From Sinorhizobium meliloti (GTDB lineage: Bacteria > Pseudomonadota > Alphaproteobacteria > Rhizobiales > Rhizobiaceae), in the NCBI RefSeq assembly GCF_017876815.1, contig NZ_JAGIOS010000003.1:1230001-1262000 (forward strand): DNA of 32,000 nt, written 5' to 3'. This document shows, piece by piece, positions 19,284 through 27,598 of the stretch. How positions within the stretch are numbered: position 1 is the stretch's first letter; the number at the start of each line of letters is the position of its first letter. Position numbers and translations under genes: made by a program. The notes under the pieces are model-generated. The model saw only the letters and a list, made by a program, of their open reading frames with translations. It ran no database searches and was not told the origin of the DNA.

Positions 19284-20096
19284 TTAGTTCGGGCAGCCCG
19301 GTTCGCCCGGTTGGCAGACTGGTCGCTGCGGTCTGCGACGGTCACTGTCACCACCGCGGTTACGATTGTCGTCGCCGCGGCGGATGACGCGATCGCCATT
19401 ATCACCCCGACGTTCGAAGTTCTGGCGGTTGCGATCTCCGCGGTTGCGCAGTTCACGGTCGGAGTCCGGCTGCGTGTCGACATTCGGCCTGCGGCTGGGC
19501 GCGCGATCGAGACCGGGTAGGCGGTCCGGACGATCGTCAAAGTCCCGGCGTCTTTCAGGGGTGCGGCTAAAATCGGGACTCCGCTCCAATCTCCGGTCGA
19601 ATTCCGGGCGCGGAGCCGGCCGCGGCTCGAAACCAGGTCTGCGGCCGGGCGGCCGGTAAGGTTCCGCGCGGCGATCCGGGCTGCGATAGAAGTCTGGTCC
19701 GCGGCGCCAGCGGTCGCGGTCGCGATAAAAATCGCGGTCACGGTAGTGGCGATCCCAATAGCTGCCGAAGCTGAAGACAACGACGGGAATACCGAGCGGG
19801 CGATAGTATCGAGGCCCGACCGAAATGCGGCGCTGTTGATAAAGTGCTTGGATATACCGTCCATGCACCCAGCCACGACCGTCGTAGAACTCCACGTCGC
19901 ACCATGGCACGTCGGCAAGACAGCCGTAGATTTCAATGGATTCGCCGGCCGGAATCACGGTGACCGCCGGATATGCTGTGCTTGGGCCCGCGCGCATATT
20001 GACGTTCGCCGTCGCGAAGCCTTCTGCCGCCTGAGCGATGGCCGGAGCAAGCACGAGCAGCCCGGTCGTGACAATTTTCAAAAGCGTGGATTTCAT
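19284..20096 (-). CDS. Secreted SH3b-domain protein with an Arg/Asp/Pro-rich disordered tail
   Basis: Start at ATG 20096 (MKSTLLKIVTTGLLVLAPAIAQA signal peptide), preceded by AGGGAG. SH3_3-like segment ATANVNMRAGPSTAYPAVTVIPAGESIEIYGC..WCDVEFYDGRGWVHGRYI. The C-terminal half is RD/RP-rich. Confidence 0.8.
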   Translation of the reverse strand: MKSTLLKIVTTGLLVLAPAIAQAAEGFATANVNMRAGPSTAYPAVTVIPAGESIEIYGCLADVPWCDVEFYDGRGWVHGRYIQALYQQRRISVGPRYYRPLGIPVVVFSFGSYWDRHYRDRDFYRDRDRWRRGPDFYRSPDRRAEPYRPPGRRPGFEPRPAPRPEFDRRLERSPDFSRTPERRRDFDDRPDRLPGLDRAPSRRPNVDTQPDSDRELRNRGDRNRQNFERRGDNGDRVIRRGDDNRNRGGDSDRRRPQRPVCQPGEPGCPN

Positions 20097-20202
20097 GTTT
20101 TCAACTCCCTGGAGGCATGCATGGTGCCACCACATCCGGAATTTGATTTGCTTCGGGTTTTTTCCGGTTCCCGGGCATCGTCGGAGCGCCTGCCGGCTTG
20201 TG

Positions 20203-20499
20203 TCAGGCGGCCACAATCCTCTTGTCTTTTAATGGTTTATAGCGCCTTTTGCATGAACGCAGCTTGAACGCTGGGGCCGCGACCCCCCGCATGAAGCCGA
20301 TGAGCTTGACGACGGACGCTTCGAGTCTCTTCAGCGCCTGTGCCTGGCAGAAATGGGCTCTGAGCGCGCCGAGCCTGCCAGGGAGCATCCACGGGACGTC
20401 GGTAAAATGCGCGTCACACGAAACAGTAAGGGCGGGCACGAAACCCAGCCGCAATTGAATGAGGATCATCCAAGCGACGACCGTCCCGCGAGCATTCAC
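20203..20499 (-). CDS. Hypothetical 98-aa protein possibly co-translated with the class B PBP
   Basis: GTG start 3 nt after the PBP TGA (..TGAcatGTG..). High third-position GC in the part checked by eye. One hydrophobic segment (VVAWMILIQLRLGFVPALTV). No recognisable family. Confidence 0.3.
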   Translation of the reverse strand: MNARGTVVAWMILIQLRLGFVPALTVSCDAHFTDVPWMLPGRLGALRAHFCQAQALKRLEASVVKLIGFMRGVAAPAFKLRSCKRRYKPLKDKRIVAA

Positions 20500-20502
20500 A
20501 TG

Positions 20503-22209
20503 TCAGTCGCTTGACGAATCATCTACGGACGGTTCTCCCGTCGCGACGGGAACGGCTTCGGCACTTGAAGGGGATGGAAAAACGGGCTTGAGGAGCATTG
20601 GGAGGATGCGATGCAAGAGGGCGCCGCCGAGCGGCACGGCATTCCACCCGGAGGTGCGGTTGCCATAGGTTTCCGCCAGGCCACGGGGCTCGTCCAGGAG
20701 GGTGAGCAGCAGGTACCTGGGATTGTCCGCCGGTACGATGCCCATGAAGGACGTCACGTTGAGAACCTTGGAATAGCGGCCCTGGACCACCTTTTCCGCC
20801 GTGCCGGTCTTGCCGCCGATTACGTAGCCGGGGACATCGGCCTTCGTGGCTGAGCCGACGGCGGCGTTGAGGCGTAGGAGGTGGCGTATCGCCTCACTGG
20901 TGTTCGCAGACAAGAGACTCTCCGCTATGGTCCGTTCGGACACGGGACTGTCTTTTATGAAGGTGGGCCTGATCAGCCTTCCGCCGTTCGCCAGAGCGGC
21001 GACGGCCATGCTGGCTTGCAGTGGCGTGACGGCGATCCCGTGGCCGAAGGAAACCGTTGCCGTGGTCACCTCGCTCCAAGAGGATGGCCGCAGCGGTGCG
21101 GCGCTCTCCGGCAGCTCGGTCGCAAGCCGAGACAGAACGCCGAAACGTCCGAGAAAAGTCCGCAACGCTTCGGGGCCGAGCGTCATTGCCATTTTCGCCA
21201 TGACGATGTTCGAGGAGTGAATGAAAGCTTCGGGAACGGTGAGCGGCCTATATTTCCCGCGATAGTCATGGATGCGTTGCCGGCCAAAGCTCAAAGGTCT
21301 GCTTGCATCCACGACGGATTCGAGATCGAACCGGCCCGACTCCAGCGCCATTGCCGTCGTCAGAGCCTTGAAGGTCGATCCCATCTCGAAAACGCCGGCG
21401 GTAACGCGATTTATCCGGTCGGGCTTGAAGGCATCCACGGGATTGTTCGGGTCAAAGGCCGGATAGGAGGCGAGCGCCAGTATTTCGCCATTCGTGACGT
21501 CGAGGAGGAGCCCGGCACCCGCAGCAGCTCCGAATTTCGTGACGGCTTTACCGAGTTCCTGCTCCATGGCGTACTGAACGCGCAGATCGATTGAAAGCTC
21601 GACCGGCTGGAGATCACGCCCTTTAAGGGCAAGGCCGGCGCCGCGTAGGTCGGCAAGCCAGTTTGCATCGATCCATTTTTCGATGCCGGCGATGCCGAAA
21701 TTGTCGATGTCCACGGCGCCAAGGATATGGGCAGCCAATGAGCCGTTCGGATAGAGCCGTTGATTTTCTGGCCGAAAGCCGACCGCCGCCAGTCCCGAAT
21801 CGATGACCGCCTGCTGCTTGTCCGGAGGTATCTGCCGCTTGATCCATGTGAAGGCATCTTTGCTACGGAGGCGAGAGTGGAGTTCGCCCGCGTCGAGTTC
21901 CGGGAAGATCGCCGTGAGTTTCTCGACCGCCTCGTCCAGATCGGGAATCGATCGCGGCTCGATGTAGAGTGACGCGATCGGAATGTCGGTCGCGAGCAAC
22001 TGCCCATTCCTGTCGACGATTGCGGGTCGTCCACCTGGAGCCCTGTCATAGGGGAGGCGGGTTTCGCGGCCTGCCTCTTCCTTCATACCGAGTTGCACAA
22101 GTCGTATGAACGCGCCGGCGAAAATGGCCGCAAATGCTGCCATAATGCAGACGATGCGTAACCGCCTGCTGCGTGCCCTGCTCCGCAGGGCGAAGGCGTG
22201 CTTCCTCAT
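20503..22209 (-). CDS. Class B penicillin-binding protein (FtsI/PBP2-like D,D-transpeptidase)
   Basis: 568 aa. N-terminal TM anchor and the transpeptidase triad STFK / SSN / KTGT. GAGGGA SD 5 nt upstream. Lies 33 nt downstream of the class A PBP. Confidence 0.9.
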   Translation of the reverse strand: MRKHAFALRSRARSRRLRIVCIMAAFAAIFAGAFIRLVQLGMKEEAGRETRLPYDRAPGGRPAIVDRNGQLLATDIPIASLYIEPRSIPDLDEAVEKLTAIFPELDAGELHSRLRSKDAFTWIKRQIPPDKQQAVIDSGLAAVGFRPENQRLYPNGSLAAHILGAVDIDNFGIAGIEKWIDANWLADLRGAGLALKGRDLQPVELSIDLRVQYAMEQELGKAVTKFGAAAGAGLLLDVTNGEILALASYPAFDPNNPVDAFKPDRINRVTAGVFEMGSTFKALTTAMALESGRFDLESVVDASRPLSFGRQRIHDYRGKYRPLTVPEAFIHSSNIVMAKMAMTLGPEALRTFLGRFGVLSRLATELPESAAPLRPSSWSEVTTATVSFGHGIAVTPLQASMAVAALANGGRLIRPTFIKDSPVSERTIAESLLSANTSEAIRHLLRLNAAVGSATKADVPGYVIGGKTGTAEKVVQGRYSKVLNVTSFMGIVPADNPRYLLLTLLDEPRGLAETYGNRTSGWNAVPLGGALLHRILPMLLKPVFPSPSSAEAVPVATGEPSVDDSSSD

Positions 22210-22242
22210 TTCGATCCCTCGACGAGATAAGAGGCAATTGGC

Positions 22243-24681
22243 TCAATAGAGGCCGTGGGGGGCGGTCAGAAGCTGCTCGCGCAGCGCGGCAGGGAATTCG
22301 GCTCCCTCCGCTCCGAACCCGTCTATGACGGGACATTCCGTCAAGCACGGCCCGGTTCCCGGTTTGAATACCTCGACAGCCGAACCGGGATCTCCTGAAG
22401 CGGCTCGCTTGCCCGTGCGGCGGTTTACGCTCGCGAAGGTCAAGCCTTGCGGAACGGGAAAGTCCACGGCAGGTCTGCCGCTCATCGCCACCTTCATGAA
22501 CTCAATGAAGATCGGGGCCGCAAGTCCGCCGCCCGTTTCGCCATAGCCCATCGGCTTCGGTGCGTCGTAGCCCATGAAGATGCCGGTCACGAGCGTCGGG
22601 GTGTAGCCGACGAACCAGACATCCTTCTCGTCGTTGGTGGTCCCGGTCTTGCCGGCGACGGGGGCGCCGAGCTGCGACACTCGGTGCGCCGTTCCACGCT
22701 CGACCACGCCGCGCAGCATCGATGTCACCTGATAGGCCGTCATTGGGTCGAGCACCGGCTTGCGGGTGTCGCGAAGCACCGGCTCTTCCTGATGCAGCCA
22801 CTTTGTGGCGTTGCATCGATCGCAGGCGCGATCGTCGTGACGGAAGATCGTACGACCGTGACGATCCTGGATGCGGTCGATCATCGAGGGCTGCACGGCG
22901 TGTCCGCCATTGGCGAGGACCGCATAGGCCGAAACGAGCCGCGTCAGCGTCGTTTCGCCGGCTCCGAGCGACATCGGCAGGTAGGGAGCGAGCTTATCGT
23001 AGAGGCCGAAGGCGCGGCCGTATTCGGCAACGAGGTCCATGCCAAGATGTCGGGCGAGGCGCACCGTCATCAGGTTGCGGCTCATCTCAAGCCCTGTGCG
23101 CAGAGTGGAAGGACCGCCGAATTTTCCATCGTAGTTCTTCGGTTTCCACAGACGGCCCGCCCCGTCCGGCATCGAAAAGGGTGCGTCCATGACCAGCGTC
23201 GCCGGGGTGTAGCCGGTATCCAGTGCGGCCGCGTAAACGAACGGCTTGAAGGCTGAGCCGGGCTGACGAGATGCCTGCGTCGCACGATTGAAGCGTGACT
23301 GTGCAAAGGAAAAACCGCCAACGCTCGCCAGCACGCGCCCTGTATTCGGGTCCATCGACACGATCGCGCCCTGTACTTCCGGTATTTGGCGCAGGAGATA
23401 ACCGTTTCCCGCCTTCTCGACATAAATGACGTCCCCTGGCGAGAGGACCTTGTCGATGGAGTCGACCTGCCTAATCTTGCCTCCGGCAGCAAGCTTCAAT
23501 GCCCAACGCATGGTATTTCTGCCGATAAGGCCCGTTTCAGGGCTGGTCGCCGAGTGCTCGGGACTAAGCTTTGCACGGCGCAGTCCGATGCCCACACCTG
23601 CATCGGAACAGGAGAGCACCACGGCGAGCTGCCATTCCTTCACATCCGTGAATGTCTCGTGCTTAGCCAACGCCGTCGCCCAGTCTCCGGAAATGTCGAT
23701 ATGCGCGACCGGCCCCCGAAAACCCCGCGCTTGGTCGTAGTCGACGAGGCCGGCGCGCAGCGCCATCAGCGCAGCCGCCTGAAGGGTCGGGTCAAGCGTC
23801 GTGCGCACGGAAAGCCCGCCATCATAGAGAGCCGCCTCGCCATATTGCCCCGCGACTTCCCGGCGCACTTCCTCAACGAAATAGTTTGCCTCTGCCATGA
23901 CGGGGTTTTTGGCCTGAGGCTTAACCCCGAGAGGTCTCGCCATCATGTTGCTTGCCTGCGCGGCGCTAACGAAGCCGTTGCGTTGCATCTGGCCAATCAC
24001 CCAGTTGCGCCGGCTGGCCGCGCGTTCGGGATGCCGGTGCGGGTTGTAGTTGTTGGGTCCCTTCGGCAGGGCAGCGAGATACGCTGCCTCGGCAACGGTC
24101 AGCTCGTTGACGGACTTGTCGAAATAGGTTAGCGCACCGGCGGCGATGCCGTAGGCCCCGAGCCCCAGGTAGATGTCGTTCAGATAGAGCTCGAGGATTC
24201 TGTCTTTGCTGAGCGAGTGCTCGATGCGGATGGAAAGCGCCGCCTCCTTGATCTTGCGTCGAAGGGTGCGATCCGAAGAAAGCAGAAAGTTCTTGGCAAG
24301 TTGTTGCGTGATTGTCGAGGCGCCGATCAACGGTTGGCCGGAACCCAGGTTCACGGCATTGGACCAGGCAGCCTTGACGACACTCAGGACATCAATTCCG
24401 GAATGGGAGTAGAAGCTCTTGTCTTCCGCCGAGAGAAAGGCTGCCTTCACGCGCTCGGGGATCGCGGCGATGGGCAGATACAGACGCCTTTCCCTGGCGT
24501 ATTCGGCAATGGGCGTTCCGTCATACGCGTAAAACCGTGTCATGAGCGCCGGCTCCCATTCTGCAAGCTTGCGGTGATCCGGCAGGTCGTTCGCGACTTC
24601 CCACAGATAAACGGCGCCGATGCCGAAGATACCCAGCAATGCAGCCGAGGTGATGCCGAAGATATAACCAATGAGCTTCAT
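22243..24681 (-). CDS. Class A penicillin-binding protein (PBP1A-type bifunctional glycosyltransferase/transpeptidase)
   Basis: 812 aa. GT51 motifs EDKSFYSHSGID, GASTITQQLAKN and RKIKEA. Transpeptidase motifs SAFK / SRN / KTGTT. Confidence 0.92.
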   Translation of the reverse strand: MKLIGYIFGITSAALLGIFGIGAVYLWEVANDLPDHRKLAEWEPALMTRFYAYDGTPIAEYARERRLYLPIAAIPERVKAAFLSAEDKSFYSHSGIDVLSVVKAAWSNAVNLGSGQPLIGASTITQQLAKNFLLSSDRTLRRKIKEAALSIRIEHSLSKDRILELYLNDIYLGLGAYGIAAGALTYFDKSVNELTVAEAAYLAALPKGPNNYNPHRHPERAASRRNWVIGQMQRNGFVSAAQASNMMARPLGVKPQAKNPVMAEANYFVEEVRREVAGQYGEAALYDGGLSVRTTLDPTLQAAALMALRAGLVDYDQARGFRGPVAHIDISGDWATALAKHETFTDVKEWQLAVVLSCSDAGVGIGLRRAKLSPEHSATSPETGLIGRNTMRWALKLAAGGKIRQVDSIDKVLSPGDVIYVEKAGNGYLLRQIPEVQGAIVSMDPNTGRVLASVGGFSFAQSRFNRATQASRQPGSAFKPFVYAAALDTGYTPATLVMDAPFSMPDGAGRLWKPKNYDGKFGGPSTLRTGLEMSRNLMTVRLARHLGMDLVAEYGRAFGLYDKLAPYLPMSLGAGETTLTRLVSAYAVLANGGHAVQPSMIDRIQDRHGRTIFRHDDRACDRCNATKWLHQEEPVLRDTRKPVLDPMTAYQVTSMLRGVVERGTAHRVSQLGAPVAGKTGTTNDEKDVWFVGYTPTLVTGIFMGYDAPKPMGYGETGGGLAAPIFIEFMKVAMSGRPAVDFPVPQGLTFASVNRRTGKRAASGDPGSAVEVFKPGTGPCLTECPVIDGFGAEGAEFPAALREQLLTAPHGLY

Positions 24682-24773
24682 GCTGATACCAATGGTTCAG
24701 ACCAGACAAAAACTTGACACAAGGAATAGGCGCCGTCCGTCGCAGATGCCGCGAAGGTCGTGATTGAATGCAT

Positions 24774-24803
24774 AGAGCGGGATGAAGAAAGTGTGCGGTT
24801 TTC
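24774..24803 (-). repeat. Copy 3 of the dispersed intergenic motif
   Basis: agagcgggatgaagaaagtgtgcggttttc, in the PBP1A/LysR divergent intergenic region. Confidence 0.35.
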
Positions 24804-24834
24804 TGCTCGAAGCCCGATCTAACCTATTGGAATC

Positions 24835-24884
24835 GATCACTTTCATGATTTTAGGTCGACCCGGCCTAAGATCATCGTGATCTT
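24835..24884. promoter_or_regulatory. Long imperfect inverted repeat plus a 17-bp perfect palindrome in the PBP/LysR divergent region
   Basis: gatcac..atgattttagg-tcgacccgg-cctaagatcat..gtgatc has 11-bp arms with one mismatch, extended by gatcac/gtgatc. It overlaps the perfect palindrome AAGATCA-tcg-TGATCTT (24868-24884). Confidence 0.35.
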
Positions 24885-24991
24885 GTGTTGCCTTGAACTG
24901 CGGGGAGAATGGCAGAAGCGATAGCACTCGACAAACGAGCAATCTTGCGGCTAGGCATGAATCAGATTTGGCCTTAACCGAAACTGATTCC

Positions 24992-25876
24992 ATGGAACTC
25001 CCAAAACTGCCCCTCAATGCATTGCGTGCCTTCGAGGCATCGGCGCGGCACTGCAGCTTCACCCGTGCGGGACTGGAGCTACGGGTTTCGCAGACTGCAA
25101 TCAGCCATCAAGTGAAGTCGCTCGAGGATCTGCTTGGCGTCAAATTGTTCCGCCGGCTGCCCAGGGGCCTTGCCCTCACCGATGAGGGGTCGGCGCTTGC
25201 CCCGGTAATGAGCGATGTATTCAAGCGCATGTGCGCGACCCTAAGCCGTTTCGAGGAAGGAAACTTCCACGAAGTCGTGACCGTTGGCGTCGTCGGCACT
25301 TTTGCAATTGGGTGGCTCATGGAGCGGTTGCCGGATTTTCATGATGCACATCCGAACCTCGACCTGCGCATCCTGAGCAATAACAACCGCGTCGATCTGG
25401 CCGGCGACGGTCTCGACTTCGCGATCCGGTTCGGCGACGGGTCGTGGCATGGCACGGACGCAATGCACCTGTCGGCCGCACCGCTATCGCCAGTCTGCTC
25501 GCCTCAGATTGCCGTTCGGCTGAAGGAACCGGTCGACCTCGCTAGAATCGAGCTGTTGCGTTCGTACCGATCCGATGAGTGGGCGCAATGGTTCCGGGCA
25601 GCGGGAGCCCAGCCTCCAATCCTGCGCGGCATGGTTTTCGATACCTCGCTGGCGCTGGCAGAGGCGGCCGCCCGGGGCTCAGGTGCAGCCCTTCTGCCGA
25701 TAACCATGTTCGAGCATTATCTCGAGAGCGGGCGTCTGGTGCAGCCTTTCGACATCACGATTGCAGCGGGTGACTACTGGCTGACATGGCTGAAGTCACG
25801 CCAGTTCACCAGGGGTATGATCGCGTTCAAGTCGTGGCTGAAGCAACAGTTGCCCGACCCTTCCGGCGTGCTATAG
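24992..25876 (+). CDS. LysR-family transcriptional regulator (GcvA/AmpR-like subfamily)
   Basis: Start chosen at ATG 24992: MELPKLPLNALRAFEASARHCSFTRAGLELRVSQTAISHQVKSLEDLLGVKLFRR.. This N-terminal HTH closely follows the GcvA/AmpR pattern recalled from memory. Divergent from the PBP operon. Confidence 0.88.
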   Translation: MELPKLPLNALRAFEASARHCSFTRAGLELRVSQTAISHQVKSLEDLLGVKLFRRLPRGLALTDEGSALAPVMSDVFKRMCATLSRFEEGNFHEVVTVGVVGTFAIGWLMERLPDFHDAHPNLDLRILSNNNRVDLAGDGLDFAIRFGDGSWHGTDAMHLSAAPLSPVCSPQIAVRLKEPVDLARIELLRSYRSDEWAQWFRAAGAQPPILRGMVFDTSLALAEAAARGSGAALLPITMFEHYLESGRLVQPFDITIAAGDYWLTWLKSRQFTRGMIAFKSWLKQQLPDPSGVL

Positions 25877-25951
25877 GCGGCAGCGTGGCGGCGAGGTAGG
25901 CACGCCTGCTCTCGCGATCTCTGCCTTCAAGCTGGTCGCCGCGCCCTCATA

Positions 25952-27064
25952 TTAAAGGGCGAGCTCGCTGTCCTTGATGTCGCTGATCGGTGCGAGCATC
26001 GAAAGTTCGAACGGGCGCAACGCGCTGCGGGCGGCTGTGAGGTGCGGCCAATCGGGATTGACGAGCGCGCCGCGGCCCAGCGCGATCATGTCCGCTCCTG
26101 ATTCCATCACCTGTTCAGCGCGCGCAAGCTCGTGCAGGCTGCCATTGGCGATGAGGAAGAGACGCGGCGCATGGCGGCGGGCAAGCGACACGAGAGAAAT
26201 TTCGCCCCCTTCGAAGGCCGGTCGCCATGCTTCGAACTCCGTCACATGAGCGAAATCAGCCGGGCTCTCGGCCAGTGCCTCGAATACTCTCGCCGCGCCC
26301 TGTTCCCGCTCTGCCCATTTGTGCCGGAAGTCGTTGACCTTCCCCTGAGAGAGACGCAGTCCGAGCGGCACCGATGGGCCGATCGCCGCGCGCACGGCCT
26401 TGAGCACTTCGAGCGACAGGCCGAAGCGAGCGACGATGTCGCCACCCCAACGGTCCTGGCGATGGTTGGTGTAGTCTGTGAAGAACTGATCCAGGAGATA
26501 GCCGTTGGCGCCGTGGATCTCGATGCCGTCGAATCCGGCGACCTCGATCGCCAGGCGCGCCGCACCGGCGAAGCCCTCAATCGCCGCGGCGATCTCTGCT
26601 TCGCTGATCTCGCGCGGCATGGCATAGGGACCGTCGCCGCGGTAGCCGGTCATCTGACTGCCCTTCGGGCGGATCGCCGAGGGACCGATTGTGTCGGAAC
26701 GATAAGGATTGCCCTGCGACAGCGCGCCGCCATGCATGAGTTGTGCGAAGATGCTGCCGCCGGCCGCATGGACCGCATCGACGGCGCGGCGCCAGGCATC
26801 CGCCTGTTCCCGGTCGGTCAGGCCAGGCTGACCCGAATAGGTCTGCGCATAGGCCTTGTCGGTGTAGATGCCTTCGCTCGTCACCAGGCTGAAGCCGCCG
26901 CGTGCGAAGCGCTGATAGTAGCGCACCATGCGTTCGCCCGGCACACCAGCGCACGAGGCGCTGATGCGTGTCATCGGCGCGACCGACAGGCGGTTGGCGA
27001 AATCGAGACCTTTGAGGCTGGTACCGGTGAAGACCGGTGAGGGGATGATCGCCGGTGCGTTCAT
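25952..27064 (-). CDS. NADH:flavin oxidoreductase (Old Yellow Enzyme family)
   Basis: Start at ATG 27064 (MNAPAII..), 1 nt after the RidA stop (TGAcATG). OYE-like motifs SVAPMTR and GFDGIEIHGANGYLLDQF. Confidence 0.88.
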   Translation of the reverse strand: MNAPAIIPSPVFTGTSLKGLDFANRLSVAPMTRISASCAGVPGERMVRYYQRFARGGFSLVTSEGIYTDKAYAQTYSGQPGLTDREQADAWRRAVDAVHAAGGSIFAQLMHGGALSQGNPYRSDTIGPSAIRPKGSQMTGYRGDGPYAMPREISEAEIAAAIEGFAGAARLAIEVAGFDGIEIHGANGYLLDQFFTDYTNHRQDRWGGDIVARFGLSLEVLKAVRAAIGPSVPLGLRLSQGKVNDFRHKWAEREQGAARVFEALAESPADFAHVTEFEAWRPAFEGGEISLVSLARRHAPRLFLIANGSLHELARAEQVMESGADMIALGRGALVNPDWPHLTAARSALRPFELSMLAPISDIKDSELAL

Positions 27065-27065
27065 G

Positions 27066-27458
27066 TCAGTGGCTCCCGTCGAGCGCAATCGCCTCGATCT
27101 CGATCATTGCTTTTGGCGAATAGAGCGAGGAAACCTCGATGATGCTGTCTGCGGGATAGGGCGCGGAGAACCACTTGCGGCGCAGCTCTACGATCTTTGC
27201 GAAGTTTTCCATGGAGCGCAGGAAGATCGTGACCTTGACGACTTTGTCGAGCCCAGAACCGGCGGCCTTCAGGGCGCGATCGAGATTGCCGAAAGCCTGC
27301 TCGGCCTGGCGATCGAAGTCGCCTTCGCCGACGATCTCGCCATTGTCACCGATCGCCGCCTGACCCGAAACGAAGACGAAGCCGTTAGCCTTGATTGCCT
27401 GCGAGAGCAGGAACGGCGCATAAGGATCTGGCTTCGTGACGACCTGTTCGAGAAACAT
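27066..27458 (-). CDS. RidA/YjgF/UK114-family reactive-intermediate deaminase
   Basis: 130 aa with a typical family pattern: ..PYAPFLLSQAIKANGFVFVSGQ..VVKVTIFL..IEIEAIA. Confidence 0.9.
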   Translation of the reverse strand: MFLEQVVTKPDPYAPFLLSQAIKANGFVFVSGQAAIGDNGEIVGEGDFDRQAEQAFGNLDRALKAAGSGLDKVVKVTIFLRSMENFAKIVELRRKWFSAPYPADSIIEVSSLYSPKAMIEIEAIALDGSH

Positions 27459-27567
27459 GGGTGTCCTTTCATGCTTGAGTCTTTCTCAGCTCGGCACTGT
27501 CGCCTTGCTTGTCGAGGGCAATATGTTGGTCCCTTCGTGCATTGACAAAGGAACATTTCTCAGTCGA

Positions 27568-27580
27568 TACATGAGATGTA
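27568..27580. promoter_or_regulatory. Candidate LysR box (T-N11-A dyad)
   Basis: TACATgagATGTA, nested in catgag-atgta-ctcatg. It sits in the 140-nt divergent region between the RidA-OYE operon and the LysR gene. Confidence 0.3.
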
Positions 27581-27598
27581 CTCATGCGTGGGGAAGTG

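Noticed and set aside
19211-19936. 241-aa minus-strand ORF overlapping the SH3b gene in another frame.
   Set aside because: The 19284..20096 frame has a signal peptide, SD and SH3b motifs. This alternative frame is Ala/Thr/Arg-rich filler.
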